NCBI GenBank assembly: GCA_964016885.1
Contig: OZ024740.1
Coordinates: forward strand, 294,562,001 to 294,626,000
DNA: 64,000 nucleotides
Direction of reading: 5' to 3'
Source: Eledone cirrhosa
Taxonomy: Eukaryota
Each line of letters begins with the position of its first letter. The first letter of the stretch is position 1. The notes beneath the pieces are model-generated. The model was not told where the DNA came from. It saw nothing but the letters and a program-made list of their open reading frames with translations, and ran no database searches. Position numbers and translations under genes: made by a program. Positions 11,763 to 27,200 of this stretch are shown here, piece after piece.

Positions 11763-14176
11763 CACACACATATATGGCAGTAGTGATGGAGTCATGATAA
11801 AATGCTCCCAGTATATACTGCAAAGTGCTTGGCATCTAAACCAAACCCAAAGCAGAGTGCATGAGAACAATGTAGTCACCTGACCAGTCCAGCCTCAGTA
11901 CACGACAGCCCATTTCGAACCCTGACCTTACAGTTAATCTTTTTACGTTTCCTTTAGATTTTTTACAAGCCATCTCTAATTTTCTTACAGTCCACCAAAC
12001 TATAGCACAGAAGACAATATAGAAGGTCTTAACTAAACCAACGGATTTAAAGATGCTTGTTCTTTACCAATACACTAGAAACCTGTACTTATGGTGATAA
12101 AACCCTCTCTAGTTAAGTCATCTTTGTTCTTATAATAGTTTAGAATGGTGCTATTGTAGAAGATATTATGACAATGATACATATACGAGATTCCAGTTTT
12201 CATCTATCAAATTTAACTCAGAAAGTAATGGTCAAAGATTCTTGCTCAAGTCTGTTGTTGTTATGGTTCATACCAGTGCAGGTTTAGCTGGTGGCGTATA
12301 AGGTTGCATTTGAAAGAGGTTTCTTGTATGGTTTCATGATAGGGGACCCAGGCCTATCATGTTTCCATTTCTCAAGTGGCAGGAAGTAGGATTTGAATTC
12401 AGAATGTACAAAGCCAGAAGAGATGTTGCAAGGCACTATAATAAGCATTCTGACCCGATCTCTGATCTGAAGATATTTGAAGGACTTGACTCAATGTTTT
12501 CTACAGCAAGCAATGAGTTCTCGTTTCTTCCTCTAAAAAAGAACTACAGGCTTTCCCCTCTGACTGTCATTATAAAAAAAATAAAATAAAATAAAAAATA
12601 AAAAAATAAATAAAAAAGAATTAAATAATGAATTGCATAACAACATTCACACAATATTTACAATAAATAAAACACTAAACAGTAAAATTTGTTTGAAATA
12701 TAAGATATTTAATATATTTAACATAATATATTTGATGTTGCAGGTTTTCTGAAATGATAAAAAAATATATATATATATATATACATAGATATGTTCCTTT
12801 ATAGAAATATATACATAGATAAACAGACAGTTATATAGATATAAATTATATTGAGTAAATCAATAAGAAACAGTTGACCCTCACCCCACAAAATAAAGTC
12901 AATACTCTTTAACTTAACAATATTTAGATGATCACATCATTATTAAATGTGCACTAATATACAAGGATTATCTAGGAATATGCAACTAATTAGATGTTAA
13001 GTTTCATTTACTGTATAATCAGACAATGTGTTAGAGGAAGGCAGAGTAAAAATATTAGAATTTAAACCTATAATGAACCATAAAATTGATAAATTGTTGA
13101 GTGGGTAAATCATTGTTTTGTATATCCCTGAACAAATTACAAATTTACTAATGGAAAATAGCAAACAAATAACAAAAGATGGCTAAAATTATATTGATCT
13201 AAACTTAATAGGAGAGAAAAAAATTTAATTTCAAACATAACAGACCAAAACAGCCATAAAAATCTTGTACCAACTTTTGCATTTCTCACATTCTCATAGT
13301 TTCTTTCAATGTAAAATTTTCATCATCATTTAATGTTCATTAGCCCTGCTAGTAAGGGTTCTAGACTTAATATTTCTTTTCAAATTATATCCACTTAATC
13401 ATATTGAGAATATGATCACATGTTTTGGAGATACCTTACAGCCATTGATATAACTATTGAGACTCTGGTGATTAGTGTCAAACTTTTCATCTTTTGACCA
13501 GCATTTCAACCATAACTGTCATATAACATCAGATATGACTTCTGTAGTGCTCTGACCATACTGCATGGATTAGACAGATTGTAATGTTGTGAGGCTAGAC
13601 AGGTCAAATGACCACATCTGTTTTTGATTTGGTTTTCTATGGCTGGATGCCTTCCTAATGCCAACTATTTTACTGTGTGTACTAGTAACAGTTTTTGTAG
13701 CACCAACACAAGAACAACAATCTTTTTGTCAGATTGATATTTACAGAGACATGCTAGCGTGGAAGATAGACGTTAAATGATGATGATGATGATGACAGAG
13801 TTAGTGTATAATGTATAGGATTAACAGTTTGTGGATAATCAGTTGGAATCTATGTAGGTGTTTTGGTCTGTTTCATTAATCCTTTAGCATTTACATCACT
13901 CTATATTTACTATTATATTTTCATGGTAAACACTTTACCTCACATAATATTGAATCTATGAGATTTTGATATTATTTATTTTGAGAACAATACCTTAACA
14001 TCAGTACGAGTGGCTGGTTACAGCTGGTTTGAACAGAAAGAGCCGAGAGAATTCTAGCCGGATACGGCTGGTTTAAATGCTAGAGGGTTATGGCAAGACA
14101 CATTGCAAAACAACAACTACTGTTATTTTTCTAAATCTTAAAACTTTTAAATGGAAAATCAAAAACGTACAAGACT

Positions 14177-14228
14177 TTATTTCTTCTTTCCAACAAGTCC
14201 CATCTCTTTCTTCTCTTGGTATGATGGA
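14177..14228 (-). CDS. DDX27: DDX27 exon 20, terminal ([16 protein letters not shown])
   Basis: TAG acceptor at 14229-30; GPSY.E.K..GL resembles the DDX27 C-terminus; TAA at 14177-79. Confidence 0.82.
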
Positions 14229-17200
14229 CTAGAAATATATGAAGGAATGAAAAATCATTTAACAAAATTTTGTAGAAGTGTTTATTGTCAAAGTTAGAAC
14301 TGGGCACTTTGACAAAAACAATATAGACATTTAGACAATATACTAGGAACATTTTTCATGGCATCAATGTTAGCTGCCTTACAGAAGGACAACAACAACC
14401 TCATTATTAGATTGATATTTACAGAGATAGAATAAGTTAGCGGATAATGCCTCACACATCGTTAAAACAGATGTAAAAATGATGGTGATGATGTGTGGCC
14501 AGACTTCAAATGAGAATAAATAAATTAACACAGAGGTCCCTAAAAAGGGTACACCCCCACTGCTGATGGAGCAGTAGAGATGACATAAAAGTATATTAAA
14601 TATCAAATGATACATATATATAAATACAGTAGAATAAAAAATATATAATATTTATACATAGTATGTATTATATTATTTATTATACATTATTTACAACTTT
14701 CCTGGAAATAGGGTTGGGGGGCGTTGAGGGTATCACATGGCCCGTGAGGAGGGTGGTGGCCCAAATAGTTTGAGAACCTCTGAATTAACATACTTTCCTG
14801 CCCAACAAACAGTTACAAAATAACAGCTATCATAAGAGTTTCGAATCACATTGCCAACATTAATCTATATAATAAATCAAAGTTTGTCACCTCACCCCAA
14901 CAAGCACAAAAAGAAAGTGTTTTGACCAGTCTCAGCATAATGCACTTCTCTGCATTGTGATTACTTTTACACTGCAACATACACAGCCAGTCAAATCATT
15001 GTTAAAGAACCAATAATGGGCACCAATTTCCATAAATGCAATTATTGCCAATTCTTTACAATGTTCCTTCAATATGATATCCTTTATAAACAGCTACCAA
15101 TAACAGGATTACAAATATTTATTAATACTGTTGTTTATATTAGCAGTTGTTTCATCCTTTGTAAAACTGATAAGAGAATTGCAGATTACTTGAATTGTTC
15201 GTTTTCATCAAAAACAACAAGAAATAAAACATGAAACAGGAAACATCAAAACACACTTTGATAATTTACTGGTTTTTATACTTTAATTAATATTATTGAT
15301 AAAGCAAACCAAGAAAAACTTAAAACTTACCCATATCTAAACTTTTTCACTGATTTCTTGCTGGTGTCTGTCAGTTCTTTATCAAATGATTTTCTGGGAG
15401 CTTTCTGCTTTTGTACTTTTTTCTTAGATTTACCTTTCCCTAAATTACAAATACATAAATAGACAGGTAATTAGAATCAACCATAATAACACACCACATA
15501 TGTTTGATTGCTTATCATCATCATCATCATCATCATCGTTTAACGTCCGTGTTCCATGCTTGCATGGGTTTGGACGGAGGGTTTTCCCACTTGAGGCAAG
15601 AGTGGTTATCTTGCTCGCATAGGACTATCTGGCGGGTTTTCTACAGCTGGATGCCCTTCCTAACACCAACCACATTACAGCGTGAACTGTGTTTTTTTTA
15701 CGTGACACCTACACGATCTCATTTGTTTCGGCCTGGATGTTGTGGCACCAACATAACTTTACATTGAAAGGGGCGGTGTGGATGGGGTGGGGGTGGTGGG
15801 ACGGGGGTGTATTTTGTTAGAGATGCCTACTGACTGTAGTAGGTTTTACTTTGTATTTAGGTAAGGCGGGTCTTCTCTATTACTGAGTACCGCCAAAGGT
15901 CTCGGTCCAGTGACATTGTCTTGGAGAGGTGTAAGTGTGTGAGGTCGGAATTTATCAGCTCGTCCCAGGTTTTACTGGGTCTGCCTATTCCGTGGCTACC
16001 GTCTAACTTTATTGCCCTGCACTTTGTTATACAGCTATCGTCTTTCATGCGCATCACGTGACCATACCAACGTAGCCTTCTCTCGAGTAAACAACATCTG
16101 ATCCCTCTTATTTCTAATTTTTTCCTTAGTTCGTTTATGCTTTGCCGTTCACGTATATTACTATTACACATCCAGCGGAGCATGCAAGCTTCGTTCCTCT
16201 CTAGTCTGCGTATATCCTCTGCACACAATGCCCAGGTCTCACTGCCATGCAACATTGCTGTTCGTATGCAGGCATCATACAACCTGCCTTTCATTTTTAG
16301 GGAGAACCCTTTAGCGGCTAATAGTGGTATAAGCTCTCTGAACTTTTTCCATCCAGTTCTGACTCTAGCTACTGTACTTTCAGAGCACCCTCCCCCACTG
16401 CTGATTTTGTCACCCAGGTAACGGAAGCTGTCCACTATTTCTATAGAACCCTCTGCGCAGTTGAAAGAGCTAGTATTTTGTGGGCACTTGCTGCTACTTA
16501 TTGCACCAGAGCACCGGCCACATGTAAAATCTATGTTCTTAGTTAGCTTACCTGTGATCCCACTACATCTTTTATGCACCCATACTTTGCATTTGGGACA
16601 CAAAATGGAGTTTCTACCTACGCCTTTCCTACACACTGAGCATGGCCACTTCCCGGAAGGGACCGCCGCCTTATTTTCTTTCTTACAAACTAGAACTTTA
16701 GTCTTAGCCAGGTTAATTTTAAGGCCTTTTGATTCTAGGCCGTGCTTCCATGTTTGGAATTTCTTCTCTAGCTCAGCCATTGATTCAGCTATGAGTGTTA
16801 GGTCATCTGCGTATAGGAGTTCCCATGGGCAACCGGTCTTGAACTCCTCTGTTATAGCCTGAAGGGCAATAATAAATAGTAGGGGGCTGAGAACAGAGCC
16901 CTGATGGACGCCAACTTTTACGCTAAACTCTTCACTATATTCGTTAATTCTAACCTTGCTGACTGTTTCTTTATACATGGCTTGTATAGCTCTCACAAGC
17001 CATTTGTCAACACCTAGTTTTCTAAGAGCCCACCAGATAATGGAACGGGGGACTCTGTCGAAGGCTTTCTCCAAGTCGACAAAAGCTAAGTATAGGGGTT
17101 TACTTTTAGCTAGGTACTTTTGCCTGACACAAACCCGAACTGCATTTCATCTAGATCAATTCTCTCTCTGATTAGTTGCGCTATTACTTTTTCCGTGACC

Positions 17201-17995
17201 TTCATGATCTGGTCGATTAATTTAATGCCTCTATAGTTACTCCTATACCCTTATAACAGTTAACGATGATGCTGCTACGCCAGTCCTTCGGAACAACCCC
17301 ATTCTGTACGACTTGGTTAACTATCCGGGTGACCATGGTGTGTCCCACCGTACCAGATGCCTTCAGCATCTCGGCAACTATTTCCGAAGGCCCAGCCGCC
17401 TTACCCGTCTTCATATCTTTGATTCCCTTACTTATTATACTACCCTCGACTAACACTGCTGGTCCCTCTATTGGGTCGATGTGAGGGAGACTGTCTTTCT
17501 CCCATTTATTCTCCTCATTTAGTAGCCTTTCATAGTGACACTGCCAAGCTACCTTCTTATCAGCGTCAGTGATGGCAAGTACACCGTCATCATTAAGTAC
17601 ACACTTCTCCCCGACAATATCACGGTTTTCCTTGACACATTGCCTAGCAATCCTGAACACCTCACATTTTTGGTCCTCGCGTTGTAGAACATGCTTGAAC
17701 TTTCTTTCCTCTGCTTCCCTTCTTGCGAAGTACACTTGTCTCCTAGCTTCCCTCCTGGCCACTTGATAGTCTTCTCTGCTTCCCCCATCCCGCCATACTT
17801 TCCAAGCCTGCTTTTTGGCCTTAATTGCCCCCTCCACCTTACTGTTCCACCACCATGTTACTCTCCTCCAGCCACAGACTTCGTCTGCCGCCATCAGCAG
17901 GTTTGCTTTCAGGAATTCCCACTGCTCCTCTATATTGTACGACTCTAATTGCTCTTCCTTACTGTCGAAAGCATCAAGTAGTATACTTTTGAATT

Positions 17996-18040
<45 letters not shown>

Positions 18041-18113
18041 TATATATATATACACACACATATATATATACACACACATATATATATATATACACACACA
18101 TATATATATATAT

Positions 18114-18156
<43 letters not shown>

Positions 18157-18333
18157 CACACATATATATCTATCTATATCTAAGGCGGGTAAAATTCCCG
18201 AGATCCATGGACGAGTTCTCTCCAGCGGTCTCTGTCCCTAATTATCGCTGCCATGTCCTGCATCTCCAACAGACCAGTGTCTGTCCTTAGAGCATCAACA
18301 TACGTTAACCTTGGTCTTGCTCTTCTAGTGTGT

Positions 18334-18384
<51 letters not shown>

Positions 18385-21193
18385 TATATATATATATACA
18401 CACATATATAGAGGCACATGGCTTAGTGGTTAGAGCATTGGCCTTGCAATCGAAAAGTTGTGAGCTCAATTCTCAGACCGGGTGATGTGTTGTTTCCTTG
18501 AGCAAGACACTTTATTTCACATTGCTCCAGTTTACTCAGCTGTAGAAATGAGATGATAGGGACTGGGGTCCATATCATTCCACTGCAAAGTGGTCGTGGA
18601 GGTGCCACGGCAAAAAAGCACCCAGCACTCACTGTAAATGAGGTTGGTGTTAGGAAGGGCATCCAGCTGTAGAAATCAAGCCAAAATCAGTTCCCGTCCT
18701 ACCCTTGCAAGCAGGGAAAAAGCGGACGTAAAATGAAATGATGATGAAATATATATATATATATATGGACCTGTAACTCCTAGTCGAGTCCCAGGGATGC
18801 TGTAGTGACATATGGTGTTTCTTAGGCATTTTAAACCTAGCAGAGCCCATCCCTCTCCAGGTTTGAACATTGCCAATTTCTTTCAGAGAAAAGAGATATA
18901 GAGGAAAAATTGACCCCAGTACTGGACTAATATTTTTTTATTGACTTCTGCAGCACAAGTCTGCCAATTTTCTGCCCATATTTTAACATTACAGAAAAAA
19001 AAAAAAAATTATCTATGAAACTACTTACCCTTTTTGGAAAATTCAGGACAAGCCTTTATACGTTTTGCTTTTGAAGATTTCTTTGAAAAGCGTGCTGCAC
19101 AAAGCTGTGCTTTATGTACTTCATATTCAATGCGATTCTCTGACTGGAACAAAAAAATAGTAATCAAGAATAAAGATATGCTCTTCATTATATATAATTA
19201 AAAATATAATGAATCCTCATACAGCTATTGCTTGATTTAACACTAACACCTAACCACTGAATAAAATGACTATCAAACTAATTACTCAGATCAATATGAC
19301 TGACTAAAGCTGCTGATGTTGATCTCCTAGCCCTTCCAACTTGAATATTTTCTGGTATTTGTATCTGTGAAAAAAGTTTGTAAATTTGGAGAACTTAGCA
19401 AAAACAAAAAACTCAACAAAGCAGTTAACTTTAAAATCAATTTTTACTAAGATTTTTCTGTAGTTTTACTGGTTTCAGTTGTTGGATTGTAGTCATGTTA
19501 TCAGATCACCATCAGAGGTTTTAGTTAATCATATTGATCTGAGCTATGAAACCATTTTCATAGCACAGATCAATATGATTAACTAAAACCTCTGATGGTG
19601 ATCTGATAACATGACTACAATCCAACAACTGAAACCAGTAAAACTACAGAAAAATCTTAGTAAAAATTGATTTTAAAGTTAACTGCTTTGTTGAGTTTTT
19701 TGTTTTTGCTAAGTTCTCCAAATTTACAAACTTTTTTCACAGATACAAATACCAGAAAATATTCAAGTTGGAAGGAAAGTTCTGTGAGACTGTAACATGT
19801 AATAGTGGTTTTTATGGACATAAGGCAGTTAAAGAAAATGTACAGAGACTAAAGAAAAACAGTTATTTCTTGGGTTTCCTGACCTGAAGAAAACTTTCAG
19901 TAGGATACTATGGTTATGTGATACTATGGACATTGTGTTATTGATTGGTTAAATTAGTGATGATAATGTATAAGATGAAGGACAGGAACAGTAATGAGTT
20001 TGAAGTGAAGTTTAAAGTGCATCAAGGCTTGGTTTTAAGCCAACTACTATTTGTGATTATAATGGACATACTGGCCAGAAGTGTCACGAAGGGTTTAATC
20101 ATGGGGACTGTTAGACAAAGATGATGATTATATATATATATATATATATACATATATACATACACACACAATGAAATCGGAACCAAGAAACTCTGGTCTT
20201 TTACAATTGCTAATACCATGTATTGTTTGGTTGCAACTGCTGTTAGTAAAATACCTACAAAAATGCATGCAAACACATACATATACACTTCGATTCTAAG
20301 AAGAATGGTGCTCTGTGGTAACGTGTTGTGCTTTCAAGATGCATATTTGCAGCGATGATGATGGTTATGAAGCAGAAGCTTAATATGGTCAAAGGACATG
20401 ATCATCACTGCAGTTTAATGTATGTCTTCTATGCTAGTGTAGGTTAGACATATCAAGTGACTACAGCTTGCTCTTATATTCTGCTTTTGACTTCACTCTT
20501 TTTACAGCTTGATGTTCTTCCAAACATCAACCTCTTTACAGTATATATTGGGAGCTTCTTTCATGGCACCAGCACTACAACTTTACAGGATGGGCAGGGT
20601 GCCTTTTGTTGTGGCACAAATATGACCACCTTATTGGGTGCATGACGTGCTTTTCATCATGACACCATTATGGCCACTTTACAGGATGAACAGGGTACAT
20701 TTTGTTGTGACACATAAAAAGAAATTCTGTAACACAAATCCACAAATGGTGATCCAATATTTCATGACTTACTGAATGGTGTGGTTTTTTCAACTTTCCA
20801 GCTCCTTGTAATTGTTTTTCCTTCTTAGCTGCTGCTTCACTTGTTTTACAAAGTCTACCATTCACTGAAATTTTAGTAAACAATATATTTTAATTTCAGA
20901 AAAAAAAAAAAAAAAGCAAGTAATTTAGCATGAAGTGTATATACCTTGTCCATGAAGTGCATATACACAAATAGGATACTTGTGTATATTCCCTGTCCAT
21001 GAAGTGTAAATACACAAGTAGAATACTTGTGTATTTACACTTCATGGACAGGATATATACACAAGTTGAATACTGAATTCTAAATATATGAATGGAAAAA
21101 TTTCAATCAACTGAAACTATTTTGGCAATTTCAATGCCAAAACCTCTGTTGGAGATGGGGTTGAAATCCAAAGTGAGAACACTTAGAGTATGA

Positions 21194-21248
<55 letters not shown>

Positions 21249-24200
21249 CATATATTCACATACATAAGACCATAATATATATATATATATATACACATAC
21301 ATAAGACCATCATATATGTATATACACATTCATAAAACCATCATATATGTATATACACATTCATAAAACCATCATATATGTATATACACATACATAAAAC
21401 CATCATATATGTATATACACATACATAAAACCATCATATATGTATATACTCATATGTAAGACCATCATATATGTATATACTCATATGTAAGACCATCATA
21501 TATGTATATACTCATATGTAAGACCATCATATATATATATATATATCATCATCATCAACGTTTAACGTCCGTGTTCCACGCTTGCATGGGTTTGGACGGG
21601 GGTAGTCCCACTTGAGGCAAGAGTGATTGTCTTGCTCGCATAGGACTGTCTGGCAGGTTTTCTACAGTTGGATGCCCTTCCTAACACCAACCACATTTAC
21701 AGTGTGGGTCTGGGAGGTTTTTACCGTGTTGCCTACACGGCCACATTACAGCGTGGACTGTGTGTTTTTTTGTCGTGACACCTACACGATCTCATTTGTT
21801 TCGGCCTCGATGGCGCGGCACCAACATAACTTTACATATATATATATATATATATATACATACATACATAAGGCCATCATATATGTATATAAACGTAATA
21901 AGATCATCATATATGTATATACACATACATAAGACCATAATATGTATATACACATACATAAGACCATCATATATGTATATACACATACATAAGACAATCA
22001 TATATGTATATACACATACATAAGACAATCATATATGTATATACACATACATAAGATCATCATATATGTATATACACATACATAAGACTGTCATTTACCT
22101 TAACTAGAACATGGTAAACAGATCTAAACCATACTCACTCTATCCATGAACTCAAACTATAATCATACAATGGACCCCAACTATTGTATGCAAGCCATAG
22201 AGGACAAACTAAATTCAAACACACCCCAGCCGTCTCAGTTAAACAACATCCAGCCAGCTCCAATAACTGATATAGGGGCAATGGATAACATCAAGCTGTA
22301 GCTATTCTTATAGAGATATTGCTCTAATAACTTCACCCAATCTCCCTCAAAAAGCAGCTTGCCACCCTCACCCTCCTGCAATTTACAGGTGAAAAAAATA
22401 GGGAATAACAATTATCAGAATTATTAAACCTCATTGATTCATATTGATTGGTCAGAATTGTTCTTATTGTATATGAAGGTAAAATATAGCTGAAACTGAG
22501 CTTTAGTTATCAAGTATTATTATAGTTATCTGTATTGTGGCAACATTATTTTCGAATTTCAAATGCTTCATATGTGAACCAGGTGTTGTGTGTGTGTGTG
22601 TATGTGCATGTGTGCAGATCAGTTTGACAATCGCCACTAATGAATGCGAGAAAGTTCTCCAGGAAAATTAACAGGAATCTTTAAAAATCTCCCCACCGAA
22701 GTTAACAAAGAACTTACTAGATCTACAAATCCAAATTGTAAAATTATATTGTTTAGAATTACAAATGAAGTCATTCTTTTCCTTTTTTTAAAAACATATA
22801 TATATGCAATAGAATGTGTGTTTAAAATCCTGTAGTATTTAAAGCATTAACTGAATGAACACTCAATACTAGTGGCTAGAGTGTAGACATGACATATTTT
22901 CTAAGTAAAAAAGTGGCAATGATATTGAAGTTTCAACATGGTTGAAACTAGAAATAAGCAACCAAGCTGAAGTGCCAAAGCTTCTGTCACTTTTCTATTT
23001 AGAAAATAAACATCCATAAAGGTATGCACGCATGCACACATACATAAATATATTTGCTGGCTGGAAACTAAAATAAAAGGAAACAATCATATAATGATTT
23101 AACCTCCACCAACAAACCAAAGAACTGAAGATGAAAAAAAAAAAATGATTCAATCATTCCTGGCAAACAAAAAATATTTAAAGAGCAAAGATTTCTTTGG
23201 AAGATAAACACAAACATTTCTCTTTGATTTTCTCCTTTTTAGATTGGAACCACTTCCTGTTTTGATCATCAGTTCCTTCTAGTTTATTATTTATTTGGTT
23301 CAACTGCATCTCTGATAACTGGATTTCCTTCTCTTCTTTTTCTATTTTTTCTACAGCTTTAATATCTTCTGCTAACTGTTCTATTTTATCACGGTACTTA
23401 TTTATAACTTCTGGAAAAGCAATGAAATTAGAATAATTTATAAGCAACATTTTTATGACAATATTTCTAATGAAATACATTCTTTATGTGTCTCAATAAA
23501 AAAAAAATAATGAGGAATTTGAGGTTTAACCCTTTCATGACCACATTTCTAATAAAATACACTATTTTAATTAATTAATGAAGAATTTTGAGGGATTTAC
23601 TAAAATTATCAATTATTTCATTACTAAGATATTAGTAATAAAATTATGTTGGAAGATTTTAATTTAAATTGGAAACCTTTAAAATGGGTGATACAGCTAC
23701 CCCAAACCAACAGCAGTAAACTACCAGGGGAGATGGAGCAATTGGTGATGCAGTTAGCTTCTAAGAAAATTCTTACAGCCCAATGGTATAGCTGCGATAA
23801 GGCAAGTAAAGGTAGCCTCTAAAAAAGTTTAGTCTTCGTAGGTCTGAGAAAGTACCAAATTGATGATTAGTGTGAATAAGACCCCAAAAACTGCAATATG
23901 GTTAGATATAATAAAAGTATTCATACCACATCATCCCCTATGCAGTGTAACAAAGGATACATTTAGGCTTTAGGTAGAGGGGCCTGTTTGAAAAATATAT
24001 AGCAGTCTCAACCCAACAGTATGAGAACTGGCAATGGGCCTACGACATATCCTGGGAGGCATGGCATGGATGCTCAAAGGTTGTGTATCTCCAGACTCCA
24101 AAAAGGGTCCAGAAGGGAGCAAGCCTTAACAATTGTCAACTGGAACATCACAACCCTTACAGGTAAGGGGCAGGAACTAGTGGAGGAGGCTATATGTTAC

Positions 24201-27200
24201 TGGCTAGATATGGTTGGGGTTTTCTCAACAAAATTCTGTGGCTCTTGCACTGTAGATTTTTGGATGGAAGCTCCTCTATTCAAGTGTGCTGCGAGAAGTG
24301 ACTGCATAGGTGACAGTCTATGGCTGTCAAAATGTGTTATTGACTAGAATCCATTGAGAGGGAGTATTTGCTTGTTGAAGCTTAAGCTGAAAGGTCTCTG
24401 TGGATGGTGCAAGTTTATTCACCAAACAAAGATTGAATCCAATTGAAACATAGTATAGATGTAAATATTTAAAACAAAATCTTTCATCCTTAAAAAAAGG
24501 TTAAAAGTTTTTAAAATCTTATAAAACCTTATAAATTATAAATATGCAAGTAATATTTGAAATACATGAGCATCCCAAACAGAGAAAATAACTAATAACA
24601 GTTGATCTTTATAGATAATAGTTGAGAAACTTGAGAAGATTAACCTTAGAGATGGAAAAAGTAGACGAGGTGCCACTTTCTAATTGTTCTGTCTCTAAGA
24701 ATAATTTATCCAATTTTCTCACCTACTATCTATAATGATTGGCTGATATTAGAGTTATTTTCTTTGTTTGGGATGCTCACATTTTTCAAATTTCAAATAT
24801 TCTAAACAACAGCTCATCTCTGCCATTTAATCATTCACAATTGTCTTGATGTTTTCAAAGAGGAACTTCAGGCAGTTCAGCAACAACCCTCTACCCCATT
24901 AGTTTTGTTACATATGAAGCATACATATTCCCACCATGTTAACATCACAACTACGCCTCACAGTGACAACATTGCAAGTGACAAACTTGAATAGACAAAT
25001 GTTGCTGTTGCAGCTGCTTGATGGATGTTGAGTGGTACTCTTATCTGATAGTTTCTATGACACCCAGTATTAACATCATTTACTGTCAGTTCTGTTAATA
25101 CAGTTGACATCATAATTCAATGTACTGTACTTGATGGTTAACTCGCTCTGATCAATCGACAAGATCCCAGACCTCATTTGCTTGCCAAGTGGGGTGGATC
25201 TCATCAAATCGGACCAAGAAAAACAATGTTTCCATTGCTGATACTATCTACCAGTCGCAACTTGAAATAAAGTGTCTTGCTCAAGGACACAACGCATCAC
25301 CCGGTCCAAGAATTGAACTCGTAACCTCACAATTGCGAATCGAACTCTCTAAGCACTAAGCCACCTCCATTATGGTTAACTAGCAGTGATATTACGAGGG
25401 ATAAATCCAGTAATCGATTGAATACATTCTCAGTCCTGGTACATTTTCTGTTTGATGTTAGCAGGAAATACATTCAGAATACAAAGGAATGTAACTAATC
25501 CTTCAAAATATTGTGATTAGTACTCTACCAATTCAGATGGTATTGGTAGAGTACCAGAGAAAATGCCTTATCATCATCATCATGCTTAAATTGCTATAGA
25601 AAATGATAGAACACAAGACCACATGATTACACAAATTTCTTTACTACACAGTCATACTTTTGACAGTGCCCCAGTCATACCTACACCTAATAATAGCAAT
25701 ATACACAGTGCATGCTACAGTGGAAAATGGATGTTAAACAGTGATGATGATGATATTTAAAAACATTACAAAAGTCAAGTGAAAGAGTTGGTTTACCTTG
25801 AGGAATAACACGAGCTTTGACTGGATCATGAGCTTTCTTAACTATTTCCTTAAGTAAAGTTCTTTCTTTTTCACCCACCAAGCTCACCGCTCTGGAAGTA
25901 GAATATTAAATCAAGTAAAGAGAGGAAAGTCAATTATACCAACTTCAATACTATATTCTATTGACCATGAAAGGTAAAGGTAACCACGACAGGATTTGAA
26001 CTCAGAGATGTGAAGAGCTGAAAGAAATACTGTTAAGTATTTATCCAACATTCTAATGATTATGCCAATCTACTGTCTTAAAACAATATAAATAATAAAA
26101 TAGCATACCTTCCTTTTTTTCCAGCACGTGCCGTTCTTCCAACTCTGTGAACATAATGTTTTATGGTACTTGGCATAGTCAAATTAATAACCTAAGAAAA
26201 AAAAATGAAAATTTTCATTAGATCAATAACTTCTACTGATTTGCAATAACTGATATCTGAAGACTTGCCATGAAATATACACCCAGTAAGGTGGTTGGTG
26301 ATAGGAAAGTCAATTAGCTGTAGAGACCAAGCCAAAAAAAGGTTGAGAGGACTTTTCAGTTGCGTCATGGGCACAAGAACACTTCTACTGTTAGTGACAC
26401 AATAAAACGCACCCAGTACACTGTATAAGGCAGTTGGTAATAGGAAGGATATCCAACCATAGAAAACTTGCCGAATAAAGGGTCAAGAAAACTCTAATTC
26501 TGTCAGAGTGGTGACAACCTCCCTAGTGCTGGTGCCACAATAAAATACACCCGATACTCTCTGTAGAGTGTAGAAATGTAAGCAATATGCAACCCCCAGC
26601 CTGTCTGACATAATCTGTCCAAGACTTGTTAGCAGGGAAAATGAATATTAAATGAAGAAGATGAATAACAAATACTTAGAATACTCAATGCCTCTGAAAC
26701 TACACTGATGATGTAATAACTTTGCATGAATTAAAATTTACATTTTCTTTTAGTTATTCAAGACATTCGTCATAATTTACGCCTACCTTCCCTGTTGGTA
26801 TGAGTTGGGAGGATTCTCAAGGTTCGAGACTAGACAGGTCAGAGAAACCACATCTTGCTCATATGTTCCATATTTAGCATGGTTACTATGGCTAAATGCC
26901 CTTCCTAACACCAACCAGCATACAAGCTGTATTGGGTGCATTTTATTTTGGCACCAGCACTAAAGGGGTTATCGTATGCTTGACCAGACTGAAGTGTCCC
27001 TTCTACTCTATAATGTCCTGGTTTCACTACTGTTTCCATTGTTCAAAATATTTCTAAAGCAAAATAAATATTTCAATAAAATTATTAACAATATTTTTCA
27101 AATGAGACACATGTTGAATTCTCTCTAAGATAATAAATATTTACTAACCGTTTTCACACCTTCAATATCCAAACCTCGAGCAGCCAAATCTGTAGCCAGC

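Noticed and set aside
12281-12352. Alternative last exon of DDX27
   Set aside because: 14177-14228 has a better acceptor and DDX27-like GPSY.E.K sequence; this segment shows no such similarity
25520-25554. 13-bp stem hairpin
   Set aside because: Short, at the end of a decayed SINE, with no supporting context
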